A stretch of DNA of 39,897 nt from Octopus bimaculoides. Its lineage: Eukaryota. The translations under genes were made by a program, and so were the position numbers. Positions within the stretch are counted from its first letter, which is position 1, and every line of letters starts with the position of its first letter. The notes under the pieces are model-generated. The model was not told the origin of the DNA. It did no database searches and worked only from the letters and a program-made list of their open reading frames with translations. Positions 24,137-37,784 of the stretch are shown here, in pieces. The stretch spans positions 48,261,272 to 48,301,168 of the forward strand of contig NC_068984.1 of the NCBI RefSeq assembly GCF_001194135.2, read 5' to 3'.

Positions 24137-25451
24137 GTCAAATTTTATACTATTCCGTTCTTTATTTACTAACTGCTTATTTGATTATTATGGGGGAGGG
24201 CTAGTATATTTCCCCTTTGCATTGAAACAGAGAAATTGAGATTTCGTGCTTTCAGGTAGCAATCTTCAGAGGGTAAGTTTCCAAAGAACATCTAAGCTAT
24301 TATCTTAGTAGCGTGTGCGTGGACATACGAATAAAGTTATTATTGTTAAGATCATGTCTGCATACAATGTTTAGCGTGAGAACAAAAGCATAATCGCTCT
24401 CTGAGCTCCATAATGGAATGATTATTGCGTTTTGATCGATTAGCAGTAACAGAAACTGTTCAGTCGGAATCTTTGGTAATTAGTGGAAGGAGATTTAGTG
24501 TTGCTATTATTCTTATAGTGTTTGTATCTGTTCAACTTGAGGTCATTCAGACCGAAGAGACCTATGATCAAGACAGTTGTAACCGTAGAGCAATTCTTAT
24601 ATTCTACTTGCAGACATAGTGTATTCAGGAATGCACCAATTACTGTGTCTCTTTTGTTTTAAAATTCTATGTTACAGTCAACTTAATTGGCATATATATT
24701 AAGCTTTCGGCATATTTAGATGTTTTATTGAACACGTGCATTATCGTGACATTTACATTATTAGCCGATACGATATAGAAACTTATATCTTGCAAGATTT
24801 GATATAACATTCAATCCCTCATGTACGAATTAGAACATTTTATGAAGTTAATTCTTTACTAGTTATTTTCCAACAGATTTTGATATGTTAATTTCTAGCC
24901 GGTCTTTTCGTTTCGTAGTGTTTGGCTTTGTTTCGTAAACAACATATTACACCACTACAAACTGTATGACTGAACATAGTTCTTCCTTTAACGATGGTGC
25001 CTAAAATAACAATTTTGAGGTTTCAAAATTTCTATTTCAATATCTCTAAATTAAAATTATGCTGGTTCTACTATATTTAAATGCCTAGAGGTGTACATAT
25101 TTTAATGTAATCTACATCTAAGTATGGAACATTATAAAACATTAATATACGTATTACAACTAATGTTACGGTACATTCTTACATCAGCGAATAAAATATT
25201 TCAACAAGATTTACAGTATTCTAATCAAATGAATTCTGCAAAGGAACAGAATCAAGATTTCTGGAATTAAATATCGCCTCAATCAACATCACATACATTT
25301 TAGTATACAAAATCAATAGAATTCCATGTGTACATTGAATAAGGTATATCCCAAGAAATAGCATAAAAGCTACAGCTACAATTATCTTAACAAACTGACA
25401 ACAAAAGAAAACGTAAACGCTGAAAATTCGACATCACTGGCAATCGTCTTG

Positions 25452-25453
<2 letters not shown>

Positions 25454-25496
<43 letters not shown>

Positions 25497-25555
25497 NNNN
25501 NNNNNNNNNNNNNNNNNNNNNNNNNNNNNNNTATATACATATGTGTGTGTGTGTG

Positions 25556-25630
<75 letters not shown>
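25454..25630. repeat. (TA)n / gap / (TG)n / (GA)n microsatellite
   Basis: Direct reading of the sequence. Confidence 0.9.
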
Positions 25631-27159
25631 GCACACGCACATATATCATATCCCTCAGCGAATGTATTGCTAAACAATTCATATTCCATATATGTCCATT
25701 TGATCCATATTACCAGGAGTGAATTATAGTTGGTACTCTTAACCGAATCACACTATAGAGTCCACAAACTACATTCGAATGACCCACATAATGAGGGGTT
25801 ATTCTCGAAGGTCATTTGGCGTTTTCATTCAACATTTGAATTTACATTTGGCATATAACAAAGTATCATAGTGATTTTGGCATGAAGTAGAAATCCTGAA
25901 TAGGGAAAGACAGTATATCAACATATACACTGTTGAAAAATATTTATTTTGAAGAAGGGGAATGCTATATCAAATATAAGTATGAGTATTTTAACTTATG
26001 CAAACTTGTATTTGTTTTCTACGAGGAGACAATAAGTTTCGCGAAAATATAATCTGCAATATGAATTACTTTTGGTTATTTTCTGTTGTTAGTATCACAA
26101 AAGACTGTGTAGAAAACTGTAGCAGCATGCTTTTGGATAAATTGTACCTCACTTCATATCTGTCCAGTTGATAAACATACATTCAGACTTGTGCAAATGA
26201 AGACTAAATATACGTCTATTATTACCTATCCTTGTAAATTGATGTACATCTTATCCAGAAGCACTTTGTCCCAATATATTGGTTACTCTACATACACATG
26301 CACACAAATGCTCAGAGGCATATACACACTATAAAACACGAGCACTTATATATCTGCTTTCACCTGCATGCATTTATCTCTATGTATTTGTTCCATGTAT
26401 ATTGTCTTAAAATATCTAAGTTTATGAGAAAGTTTCTGTTTATGCATATATTCGTAATTTCGTATATCTTCTTACGCGTGAAATGAAATGCTTTTTAATA
26501 TCCACTCCGTATATACAAGAATATGAAAGCAGATTAACAGGAGTTTCATAAAAAGCATTACGATGGTTTCATAACAGTTTACTTATACATAATAGAGTTG
26601 TGCAATTTTAATCTAAAAACTGGCTTTTATATCAATATCAGTGCATTTACTTGAATTCTATACATCTGAACGACTTCCCGATAACATTTTGTATAATGGA
26701 AAGAAAAAAGCTAGAAACAAGTAATATTGCTTATTATTTTGTCTACACTTCTTTATTTTTCTAATATACTTACCACCATTCATACCTCTTAATCTAAAAA
26801 TATGTAATTAATGGTCAAAACTGGCTAAATGAAGTAGACTTTGCTATTTCTTCAAATAAGATGGAATAGAGCAAAGGATTTTTGCATTCTCAGTTCAACT
26901 CCCGCCAATAAAATAATGTACTATTCATACCCTCTTACCCTAAAAGTATTGGTCTTGTGCTAAAATTTGAAACTGAAGTCGGTTAGCTGAAAATATTGCT
27001 ATATGTGCTTGGAAAATGTATAGCAGCATTTGGTGAGGTTCTTTATCTTCTGAGTTCTTTCGGCAGTTGATAAAAAGTGTACCAGTTGGGCATTGGAAAC
27101 GATGTACTCTGCTTCTTCTCAAAATTGCTGGCCTGTTTCCAAAACTAGAGTGACCTTAA

Positions 27160-27810
27160 AGCGGCGAGCCGGTAGAATCGTTACCAAGGAGGATAAAATA
27201 CTTAGTGTCATTTTTCAGGCTCTTTACATTTTGAATTGAAATGCTGCTTAGAACGACGTTGCCTTTTTACCTTCCGGATTTCAATAAAATAAGTACCAAT
27301 GAAATACTAGGGTTAATGTAAGTGGCTAACCACTACGCCTAATACTACTGGCCTTTTGCTAAAGTTGAAATAATTATTTATGGCGACGAGCAGAATCATT
27401 AACACGCCGGGCGAAACGCTTAGCTCTATTTCGTCAGCGGTTACTTTCCGATTTCAAATTCCGCCGAGGTTGATTTTGCCTTTTCATCTTTTCGGGGTCG
27501 ATTAAATAAGTACCACTTACTCACTGGGGTCGATGTAATCGACTTAATACCTTTGTCTATCCTTGTTTGTCCCCTCCACGTTTAGTCCCCTGTGGGCAGT
27601 AAAGAAATACGTATTACTGGTGTTTTACCAAAAGTTGAAATAATTATATATAGCAGCGAGCAGAATCGTCAGCGTCATTTCTTCAAGCTGTATCATCTGA
27701 GTTTGAATTTCACCGATCGACTTCGAGTGTTATCCTCTTATAGTTAATAAAGTAAATTCCAGTCGAGTAGAAGTGTCGATGTAATCAACTAACCCCTTCT
27801 GTCTATATAA
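27160..27810 (+). mobile_element. SINE family 2, three head-to-tail copies; the middle copy carries tail B
   Basis: Heads GGCGAGCCGGTAGAATCG (~27162), GGCGACGAGCAGAATC (~27382) and GCAGCGAGCAGAATCG (~27654). Tail B (..GTTTAGTCCCCTGTGGGCAGTAAAGAAAT) ends at 27608. Confidence 0.8.
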
Positions 27811-28956
27811 GGAAAATAATTCTTACTATTATTATTTTTTTGTTGCAATGATATTCAATTTTTAACAAGTCTAAAGTCAAGGAACTGTAAGAGATTTTAA
27901 GACTACATTAAGGATTTCAGTGGTCCTTGGCGAAGTATTCTTTGTACTCCGTAAATGCTATAGCTGTGGCTTTCATAAAACTGTTGGTAGATACTTGAGA
28001 ACAGGGGCATAAAACTTCTGGCTTGTATTCACTATCCTACATGTTTCACTTTTCCATGTCAGAAGTGTTTGCATAATTATTGGTACAAAGTTACTGCAAC
28101 TGTCAGGATAACTTGAAAATGCAGCCTTCTCTGAGGTAGGAAGCTACACAGAGATAACAAATGAAAACCTAGAATTTCAGGTCCATGTATCCGATGACCC
28201 TGTGGCAATTAAAACGTCATTACTGTAATTGAGAAAGTAAATACCGTATGATTCTAAGCATATCTATCTGCAAGACTTAACAATTCATCGTAGAGCAGGT
28301 GAATACTAATACTTACTGCAACTGGACATGGATCAATTTGGAGAAAGGAAAAACAAAAGCGGTTGTTACGTCTACCATCATTAGTAAGTTGTTAAACTCA
28401 TTGCAGTTGGATACGCTTATCAGTGTTTGGATTGCTTTCTTGTGTAGCAGCTGAGCTTTCCTTCCTTTCCGTGTTCTTCACCCCATTTAATACAGACCCC
28501 TTCAATAGTGTTCTCCTCATCAGACGCCAGTGTGAAAAATAAGAGCCAGAGATTGTGCGGCTTTTCACGGTCGAGCTAAAACCAGGATGCTCATGAGCAA
28601 TTTCAAAATGTTCAACCTGTTCAATGTAATCAGAGCAGATAGTAGTCATAAACATGGCTGCCCGGACACAATCTCAATGGCGGCATCTGGCATCTTACTA
28701 TAGTGTATTGCTTCGCTTTGCGTTATTTTTACTAAATACTTAAGCTGCTTCATTATATTGTATTACGATTTTGTCATACACTGTCTATGATATATGTTTA
28801 GATGCGATCTTTTTGTTTTACTTGCTGAAATAATAAAATCTAGATTGACTAGAAGATTGAGTTGTATTTATAGTTCTTTTTTATGTTAGATGCTACATGC
28901 AACCGCCTTTGCAGCCACAATAGAGAGGATGATAATAATCATTATTGTTGTAAAGT

Positions 28957-29100
28957 GTGCGTGGCCTAGTAGTTTGGGTGTTTCATTCAGGATCGTTTGA
29001 TCGTGGTTTCGATTCCCAAATCACCTGTGCGTTGTGAACTTCAGTAAAACACTTCATTTTACGTTGCTCCAGTCCGCTCGACTGTAACTCGGTAGCATTG
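28957..29100 (+). mobile_element. Degenerate SINE family 3-like 5' fragment
   Basis: GCGTGGCCTAGTAG..GGTTTCGATTCCC..AAAACACTTCATTTTACGTTGCTCCAGTCC parallels 23635-23965. Confidence 0.55.
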
Positions 29101-29932
29101 CAGCGATTTGGCGTATGAGGATGAGATGGTGACTCAAGAAAATCAACGGAACTGAGGTTTCGCAAGCTATTCTTTGCATTTATCAATCAAAAGGATGAAG
29201 AAGTACAATTTTTACTGTAAATTGTGATTGTTTGAGAATGGATGTTCAACTACGTTGGTGTCAATTTAAGCAATCATTCTTGTAATTGTTTTAGTTGTTG
29301 TTGAGGTGGTGATGGTGGTGATTTTGGTGGTGTTTGTTGTTGCAACATTGGGCAAAGTTACATTGCAGTATATTTTCCAAACTTCATTAATCTGAGTTTA
29401 GATACCCGTAGTTAAACTGTTTTTCAGATACTGTGTGGATGTAATCGAATATCACCACTTCTTTGAAAATTCATGGTCTTGAATATAAATTAGAAACAAT
29501 TAAATGCGGCAAGCTGGGAGATCCTGACTCTCTATGTTCTAATTTCAAAGCCCACCAAGTTGAAATTTACCTATCATCATTTCCAGGACACTAAAATAAA
29601 GAACAAGTCAAAGATAATCGTAGAGCAGCATTTCGACTAGCCACACAATTTCATATTTCAAAATTTACTGAACTGAATACTGATGATCTATCATTTCTGT
29701 GTCCGCAGAAAACATTTACGTGGGTGAAGAAAAATACAAAAACCTACAGTACTTTAATACTATAGTTTTCATCATGTATTCACATGCTATTGTGTATACC
29801 CACGGAAAAACGAGAGTGACAGAGACTAGCAGTGATGAAGGAGAATATATATATATATATATATATATATATGGTATATATTAATAATATTTATTGACAC
29901 AAGTATCATCCGAATTGTTTTAATATAAAATG

Positions 29933-29948
29933 TTGTAGTAGTAGTAAT

Positions 29949-30012
<64 letters not shown>

Positions 30013-30013
30013 A

Positions 30014-30064
<51 letters not shown>

Positions 30065-30082
30065 CAGTAGTAGTAGTAGTAA
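29933..30082. repeat. (TAG)n/(TAT)n trinucleotide repeat
   Basis: Direct reading of the sequence. Confidence 0.95.
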
Positions 30083-30309
30083 TTCTTATGAGATATTTAG
30101 AAATCAAGCTTATTTGGAGTTGCAAGTTTATGTCTAGGAAATACTAGATCTTCCTTCTAGGCAGTTTTAACTTAGCAATAATTGGATTCATGTAGCAATT
30201 ATGAATAAATATTAAAAATCTCACTCTTTCTTTCCTTCTGTCCTTCCTTCCTTCAATCTTTCATTTTATCTGTCTGCTATTCTCCATTCATATGTATGTA
30301 CGTGTGTGC

Positions 30310-30348
<39 letters not shown>

Positions 30349-32356
30349 CAAACACATATATATGTATATATATGTGTGTGTGTGGGTGTGTTTGTGTATG
30401 TATGTATGTAACATTTTCATGCATACAGTATAAACTGATATAAGCAAATTTACTATTTAATTTGAAGACAATATCGGCATCACTATACAAATTTGCTGTT
30501 TATCCTTAGGAATATCATCTAGAATGCGGCATTTCACTGACATTGCAAAGACTGAATATAGGAAGAAATACATTTGTATGGATTATCTATATTATAACCC
30601 AAAATGCCATGAAGAGAAAAATAACTCGGTTCAGTCTCCCTTTCAAACTAGATGTCCCATCTAACCACCCGAAGGACTATAAAAATGCTTATTCCTAATT
30701 ACGTAATCCCAAGCGCACAAAAATGCGAAAATGTTTTTAACGTGCCCTATTCTAACGTCCCGATTGCATCATTTCTCTTTCCCCGCACTAGTGCAGTAGA
30801 AGTCTTACAAAGCTGTGATCATCACACTCAGCCACCCATCTTACTGGTAAAATAAATCTACCTGTCCACTTTAGAGATTTTTGTTATTCCATTTAAGTGT
30901 TCTACAAGAGGACTCGTAATCCTTGCCTGTAGGTTTTGTAAGTAACTATACAGAACCTACAGGAGATGTTTTACTAAGCTTACTTACACACTGAAGTCTA
31001 TTTGCGTGTACTTTTACATTATTTTACTTGTTTCACTAAGCTTATTTACGCTCTCAAGTCTCTTTCCCTGTTCTTTTACATAGCAGTTAGTATAACATTC
31101 TCGAAAAAAGATTTCCTTAGTTGCTTGGAGTTCAAAACTGTCGTTTATTGCAACATTTGACGTTTCTCTTTTCTCTTATTTTTGTAGCAATAGTGCTTTT
31201 AGATAACTTTTATGCACATTCGTCTTAAATACTATTCCGTTAGCAAACCTGAAAAAATATACGTAACTGGAATCTTCACCGAAAGCAATACCAAATACAC
31301 CATCAAATCGCTTTAGTAATGACTTTCTTGTACCAGCTATCACTCGTCGACATGTCGATAAGAATATGTGATCTGAGTTGGACAATGAAAACGATTTTCA
31401 CTCAAGTTTTAGCAATAATTGGCCTTATTTAAAAACCGTGTCCACTTCACCAATAGTATAACGCATCATGTTTGTCATGCAATTCTGAGGGAGACTGTTA
31501 AAACGAATTTTTGTAAACTCCACGTTATGTTGTAAGTACTATTTATTTCACTGGCACATTCATTTGTGTCTGCATGTGTGTACGCATATACATATATCTG
31601 TGTGCATGCAAGCTTGTGGCTGTGTGTGTATTTTTGCCCCTGCAGTTTTGTTTTCAACATTTTTTTTATTAACAACTGTGCATTTTAGTTATTGTGTTCA
31701 TAATGTGTATGGAATATTCTACGGTACAATATCAACGTATATGTTTGTAAAAATCATCTGCTGAACTTGTAGGTCATTGAATTTTAGGAATGGATAACTA
31801 TTGGTATCATCAAACAGAAATAAACATTTTTAGACAGTTTGGTGAACGTAACCAATCAATTCTTTCCTATTTTTGAAGTAACGCTGAAAACTGGTCAGCA
31901 TGTGTGAACTTATACGAATTAGATTGCAGTAAAACTATACATCAACACTGCCAGTTATGTACATATGTATATACATATATTAACGCTTATTCACATACAC
32001 ATACTTGCGTTGTTTTGTGAGAGCTGGATTCGGCTCATAGCTATAAATCAAGAAAAATTCACAAGTAATTATTATCAGAGAATATGTATCATTTCACTAG
32101 CTCTAATTTCTGGCCTCCTAATTACGCTGATTGTAATCCCGTTATGGATACGGCTGAGAAAGACACCGACCACTCTCCACCAGGTTCCGGAGTCATCTTG
32201 AAAGCGTCGTGGAGGCTTACTTTGAGTAAAATGTTTTTCCTTCCAGCCGTAACATAGCTGCTATTTTTTTGATTTTTAAACACACATTTATTTTTGGAAG
32301 GGAAATGGTCTTTTGTTTCCCTCTTATGAAAACCGTCAAATTTTGAACGAACATTC

Positions 32357-32445
32357 TATACATACATACATATATACATACATACATACATACATACATA
32401 CATACATACGTACGTACGTACGTGTGTGTGTGTGTGTGTGTGTGG
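32357..32445. repeat. (CATA)n/(CGTA)n/(TG)n microsatellite
   Basis: Direct reading of the sequence. Confidence 0.9.
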
Positions 32446-32686
32446 CGGGCGTATATAGATATATCTCAAATTTACAGAAAACAAAAGACGAAGACAAGTG
32501 AAGGATCAACTAGCAAGTGTATTAGTTTAACGCTCAGGAAGAATGGATCAGTCTTTCACGTTTCGGGCCAATGCTCTTCGACACAAAATATTAAGAGGGA
32601 AAAAAATGAGAGACAGCGAAAACAATAGAGAAAGAAATGTGTAGGACAACGAAAATAATTGAGAAAGAAATGTGTAGAAATGTGTA

Positions 32687-33125
32687 GGCGGCGTTGGAGA
32701 GAATACTGTTTGAGATCCACGAGTCGATCCCAGTAATTAAGGCCAGATATGCCATCAATTATTTTAGTAATTGATCTCTCGGGTGGTTCAAGCTTTTTAA
32801 TATTCTGGCTCGTGTAGAGAGACTATAGCGGACAACAGCATTCAAGGTGAGGGCGAGCGAAGGTAGAAAAAAGAAGGATAATGGTTGGAGCATCTCTAGA
32901 CTGGAAAGTCTTGAGGATCCAGGAGCACACCCAGCGGGCCATGTCGGCTTTCTTGTTTATGTGGACACTCCAACTTAAGTTATCGTTGGCAGTCACACCG
33001 AGGTCCCTAGCGGTGTTTGATGCTGTGAGGTGTTCGCCTGAAGGAAGAATATATGGTTGTTTAAGTGCAGCCTCTTTATCAAAGTTGAACATGATGAAGT
33101 GGTCGGAAGAAATAGTCTGAGTGAA
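32687..33125 (-). mobile_element. CR1/L2-group LINE ORF2 C-terminal fragment
   Basis: 'RDLGVTANDNLSWSVHI..ILKTFQSRD..RPHLECCCPL*' followed by 'IKKLE..ERSITKIIDGISGLNYWDRLVDLKQYSLQRR'. Confidence 0.85.
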
Positions 33126-33164
33126 AGAGAGATAGTAACGGTGGGTAAATAAAATTTACTCCTG

Positions 33165-33620
33165 GGCGCAGGAGTGGCTGTGTGGTAAGTAGCTATGGGC
33201 ACAAATGTAGCTGTGTGGTAAGTAGCTTGCCCACCAACCACACGGTTCTGGGGTAATTCCCACTGCATGGCACCTTGGGCAAGTGTCTTCTACTATAGCT
33301 TCGGGTCGACCAAAGCCTTGTGAGTGGATTTGGTAGACGGAAACTGAAGGAAGTCCGTCGTATATATGTATATATATATCTATGTATGTGTGTGTATATG
33401 TTTGTGTGTCAGTGTTTGTCACTCCACCATCGCTTGACAATAGATGCTGGTGTGTTTACGTCCCCATAACTTAGCGGTTCGGCAAAAAAGACCGATAGAA
33501 TAAGTACTAGGCTTACAAAGAATAAGTCCTGGGGTCGATTTGCTCGACTAAATGCAGTGCGCCAGCATAGCCGCAGTCATATGACTGAAACAAGTAAAAG
33601 AATAAAAGAGTAAAAGAGTA
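33165..33620 (+). mobile_element. SINE family 1, full-length, with an 18-bp internal duplication of the A-box region
   Basis: Colinear with 19682-20313. GCTGTGTGGTAAGTAGCT occurs at 33177-94 and 33210-27. Confidence 0.9.
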
Positions 33621-33621
33621 G

Positions 33622-34643
33622 AGATATCGGACTTTCAAAGAGGTCAAATTGTTTGCGCTCGTATGGTAGGTACTAGCATAACGAAAACAGCCGAAGTGTT
33701 TAGTGTATCATGAAGTACTGTCTCTAAAGTAATGACATCCTTTGATAAAAAGGAGAGTCCTCCTCGTCGAAACAAAACTCCAGAAGAAAACCAATACTTT
33801 CAGCTAGGGGCAGTTGGATTCATTGTTAGAAAGGATCACAAAATTACAGCTCCCAAAATTACCGCAGAGCTTAAAGACCACATCGAGAACCCAGTTTCCA
33901 CGAAAACCATACGCCGGGAACTGACACAAAGTCGGATTTTACGGGAGGGCTGCAATTAGAAAGCCACTACTTTGAAAAGCAAATGTTGTAAAGCATTTAG
34001 AGTGGAATAAAAACCTACAGAATTGGTTCCGACGGCAGTGGAAGAATGTTATTTTCTCAGACGAGTCATCTTTTACCTTATTTCCAACTACCGGCCGAGT
34101 ATACGTGTGGAGACACCCAAAAGAAGCCTTTGACACAGACTGCCTTCTTCCATATCTTCCAAGTGCTAAAAATGGAGGAGGATCTGTGATGATCTGGTGG
34201 TGGTGGCAAATCTGCCAGCGCAATGGTTTCCCTTCATGGCAGAATTAATAGTCAAGGCTATTGAAGCATTTTATCTTATTAAATTCATCCTAAGTTTGCG
34301 GAACTGTTGTCCGGAGGAAAACGTAATCTTTCAGGATGATAGTGCACCAATTCACACCGCTAAAGTTGTTACTGAATGGTACGAGGAACATTCCAGTGAA
34401 GATGACCATCTTATCTGGCCACCAGAGTCCCTAGATCACAATGTTATTGAACATTTATGGTGCATTTCATCACTACAAGAACTAGAGACTGTTTTAACTG
34501 AAGAATGGACAAAAATTCCTTTGGAAACAGCTCAAACATACCTCGTAGAATTCAAGCTGTAATTACTGCCAAAACTGTCCTACCCCATATTAATATAAAT
34601 TTGTTTGAAATTTTAAGGTTTTCCATTATTTTGTCCAACCCTG
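33622..34643 (+). mobile_element. Tc1 (DD34E) transposon remnant lacking its left end
   Basis: 'RDISDFQRGQIV', 'RKDHKITAPKITAEL', 'VIFSDESSF', 'GGGSVMIW', 'FQDDSAPIHTAK', 'WPPESLDHNVIEHLW' across frameshifts. Right TIR (reverse complement CAGGGTTGGACAAAATAATGGAAA) is followed by TA at 34644-45. Confidence 0.9.
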
Positions 34644-34796
34644 TATATAACTATACATTAATACATAGATAAAAAGAATCACTAGCTTTTAGATTTTCTA
34701 GGTCTGTGTATGAGTTTTTGCATGAATGCCTGTTTGTATGTGTGTGCATGTGTGCCTCTGTGTGTATATCTATATACATATACATATACATACGTA

Positions 34797-34829
<33 letters not shown>

Positions 34830-35509
34830 NNNNNNNNNNNNNNNNNNNNNNNNNNNNNNNNNNNNNNNNNNNNNNNNNNNNNNNNNNNNNNNNNNNNNNN
34901 NNNNNNNNNNNNNNNNNNNNNNNNNNNNNNNNNNNNNNNNNNNNNNNNNNNNNNNNNNNNNNNNNNNNNNNNNNNNNNNNNNNNNNNNNNNNNNNNNNNN
35001 NNNNNNNNNNNNNNNNNNNNNNNNNNNNNNNNNNNNNNNNNNNNNNNNNNNNNNNNNNNNNNNNNNNNNNNNNNNNNNNNNNNNNNNNNNNNNNNNNNNN
35101 NNNNNNNNNNNNNNNNNNNNNNNNNNNNNNNNNNNNNNNNNNNNNNNNNNNNNNNNNNNNNNNNNNNNNNNNNNNNNNNNNNNNNNNNNNNNNNNNNNNN
35201 NNNNNNNNNNNNNNNNNNNNNNNNNNNNNNNNNNNNNNNNNNNNNNNNNNNNNNNNNNNNNNNNNNNNNNNNNNNNNNNNNNNNNNNNNNNNNNNNNNNN
35301 NNNNNNNNNNNNNNNNNNNNNNNNNNNNNNNNNNNNNNNNNNNNNNNNNNNNNNNNNNNNNNNNNNNNNNNNNNNNNNNNNNNNNNNNNNNNNNNNNNNN
35401 NNNNNNNNNNNNNNNNNNNNNNNNNNNNNNNNNNNNNNNNNNNNNNNNNNNNNNNNNNNNNNNNNNNNNNNNNNNNNNNNNNNNNNNNNNNNNNAGGTTC
35501 ACTGAAGTA

Positions 35510-35559
35510 CATACACAAGCACACACCCACCCACAAATACACACACACAAACACACACG

Positions 35560-35601
<42 letters not shown>

Positions 35602-35730
35602 AACACACACACAACTATACACACACACACTCACACACACAGATGCACACACAGATGCACACACACGTAAACTTTGACGTGGGTGAGTGTGTACGTGTGT
35701 GTACGTGTGTGTACGTGTGTGTACGCCTGT
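35510..35730. repeat. Degenerate (AC)n/(GT)n microsatellite
   Basis: Direct reading of the sequence. Confidence 0.9.
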
Positions 35731-36867
35731 GTTTTCAGTAGGCACCTAAATACTACTTTTGATTGAGTTGGTAAATACATTTAGACATAGATAAATATTC
35801 ATATATCAATAGAGATATCGACTTTCTGATAACTTCAGTACCGAAAATCGTTTGTAAAATAGGCGTGTCTGATAACTGCCAACTAACAGTTAATAGAATT
35901 GCTAAGACTCATGTCAGACCGAATGCATAAATTACACGTGACTGTCTCGCCTTTATTTCCACCACACCCATTCTATGTACATAAACATGATATTGCTGAT
36001 ATTGAAAAAAATGTACCCGTCAATATTATGTGTGTGTGTGCGCGCGCTTACATGTGTGTGTACATACGCAGATGTAAAATAAAGCTGTAATTATGAATGT
36101 TAGATGGTTCTCCCATCACAACGTTGTATATATCACAGTATATAAACAAACCTTAGAAAATGAACGAAGAAACATGAAAACTTGTTTGATTATCAGGAGA
36201 TCACACTCGTTTCAGCTTTACAGTTCTGTATTTCATCATGGTAGAGCTATTTCCAGATTAATACCAGTTGATTAAGCTCTACAAAATCTTGTGAACCTGA
36301 GGGGAGATTGCAAAAAACATGCAAGCAAGTTTAAGATGGAGAACAGTACTCCAGCAGCAAATTGCTGCAGGATTCAGTGATGTATACGGGTGTCAGTCAG
36401 TTAGTTGATCGAGAATTTTTGAAAATGGATAAATATTTGAACTTGCTGCGTAACATTTTCCTCAATTGTTTCCTGAACCAAGGAGAATTCCACTGAAATC
36501 CTGGAAAATGTGTCACATGACTTACTCAGTGGAGGATCTGTGATGTGTAGAGTAGTTATTGGTCGCAACCAGTTTACTGCCACATTGAAAGCTTCCAGAA
36601 TAAAACGTTATATATGTAAAGAGGAAGACAAATTCATTAAATAATTCGTGTTCCAAATGGAGTAGTCTAATGATGAATTCAAGAATAGTTGTAGGAATGA
36701 ACGACAACCTATATTTCTGACGTTTTTTTACAAGAATGATGCTCAACAGATCGGAAAAAAAAAATCACTAGTTATAAACTATTCATTGAAAACTGATTTT
36801 CAGCAAGAAGCTATCCACTGTTTCCCGATCATAGTTCAATGGACGAACAGGCACACTCATTTGCACA

Positions 36868-36873
36868 CGCGCC

Positions 36874-36911
<38 letters not shown>

Positions 36912-37115
36912 CTACACCAACACCACCACCACAACCACAACATTTCACCACCACACCACCTCACCACCACACTACTACACCGCATATACACACAATCACG
37001 CAACATACACATGCACACCCAGGACGACATACATGTATGTATGTATGTATGTAAATATGTATGTATGTATGCATGTATGTATGTAAGTATGTATGTACGT
37101 ATGTATGTATGCATG
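36868..37115. repeat. Compound (AC)n/(CAC)n/(TATG)n repeat
   Basis: Direct reading of the sequence. Confidence 0.85.
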
Positions 37116-37419
37116 TATGTATTGCTGCAGCCCTGTCATGTATAAATGTGCAACAAGTCTGCCAGTCATTCGATGTTTGAAAATGGACAAGAATTTAAAC
37201 TCGTTGCATAGCATTTCCACCAGATGTTTTCTACGAATGTATGTATATATGCATACTATCCGCAGACAACTTTGATAAGAAAGTGATAATATACATGAAA
37301 CAACAGCATGTCACACGTCTAGGCACGCATGCACTCTCACGTACGTTACCCGTATACACGCAGATACACATCCACACTCACATACTGATGCGCACGTTTT
37401 ATATTCTTTTCTACTCTAG

Positions 37420-37784
37420 GCACAAGGCCCGAAAGTTTTGGGGAGGTGGGGGGGCTCAGTCGATTAGTTCGATCCTAGTACTTAATTTATTCACCCCAAA
37501 AGGATGAAGTGTAACGTCGACCTCGGCGGAATTTGAACTCAGAACGTAACGGCAGACGAAATATCGCCAAGCATTTCGCAGGTGCGTGCTAACGTTTCTT
37601 ATTTCTTTATTTCCTACAAGGGGCTAAACATAGAGGGGACAAACAAGGACAGACAAAGGGATTAAGTCGATTACATCGACCCCAGTGCATAAATGGTACT
37701 TAATTTATCGACTCCGAAATGATAAAAGGGAAAGTCGACCTCGGCGGAATTTGAACTCAGAATGTAACGGCTGACGAAATACCA
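37420..37784 (-). mobile_element. SINE family 2, two 5'-truncated tandem copies (tail B copy, then tail A copy)
   Basis: GTCGACCTCGGCGGAATTTGAACTCAGAA occurs at about 37517 and 37735. Tail B lies at 37601-37660. Confidence 0.85.

Noticed and set aside
25802-25830. Short hairpin near 25.8 kb (GAATGACC/GGTTATTC, starting about 25785)
   Set aside because: An 8-bp stem with a wobble pair is expected by chance in 40 kb.
28455-28525. Minus-strand CTGATGAG..GAAA
   Set aside because: No pairing for stem II and no NUH or stem I.
29683-29730. CTGATGA followed by GAAA
   Set aside because: No stem II or stem I complementarity, so not a hammerhead.
30973-31081. Imperfect 62-bp-period duplication (ACTAAGCTTA..CTTTTACAT twice)
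   Set aside because: Only two diverged units; an ordinary old tandem duplication, not CRISPR-like.
36520-36650. 'SGGSVMCRVVIG' resembling the Tc1 GGSVM motif; also the 60-aa minus-strand ORF at 36401-36583
   Set aside because: A single short motif with no other transposase or splice support.
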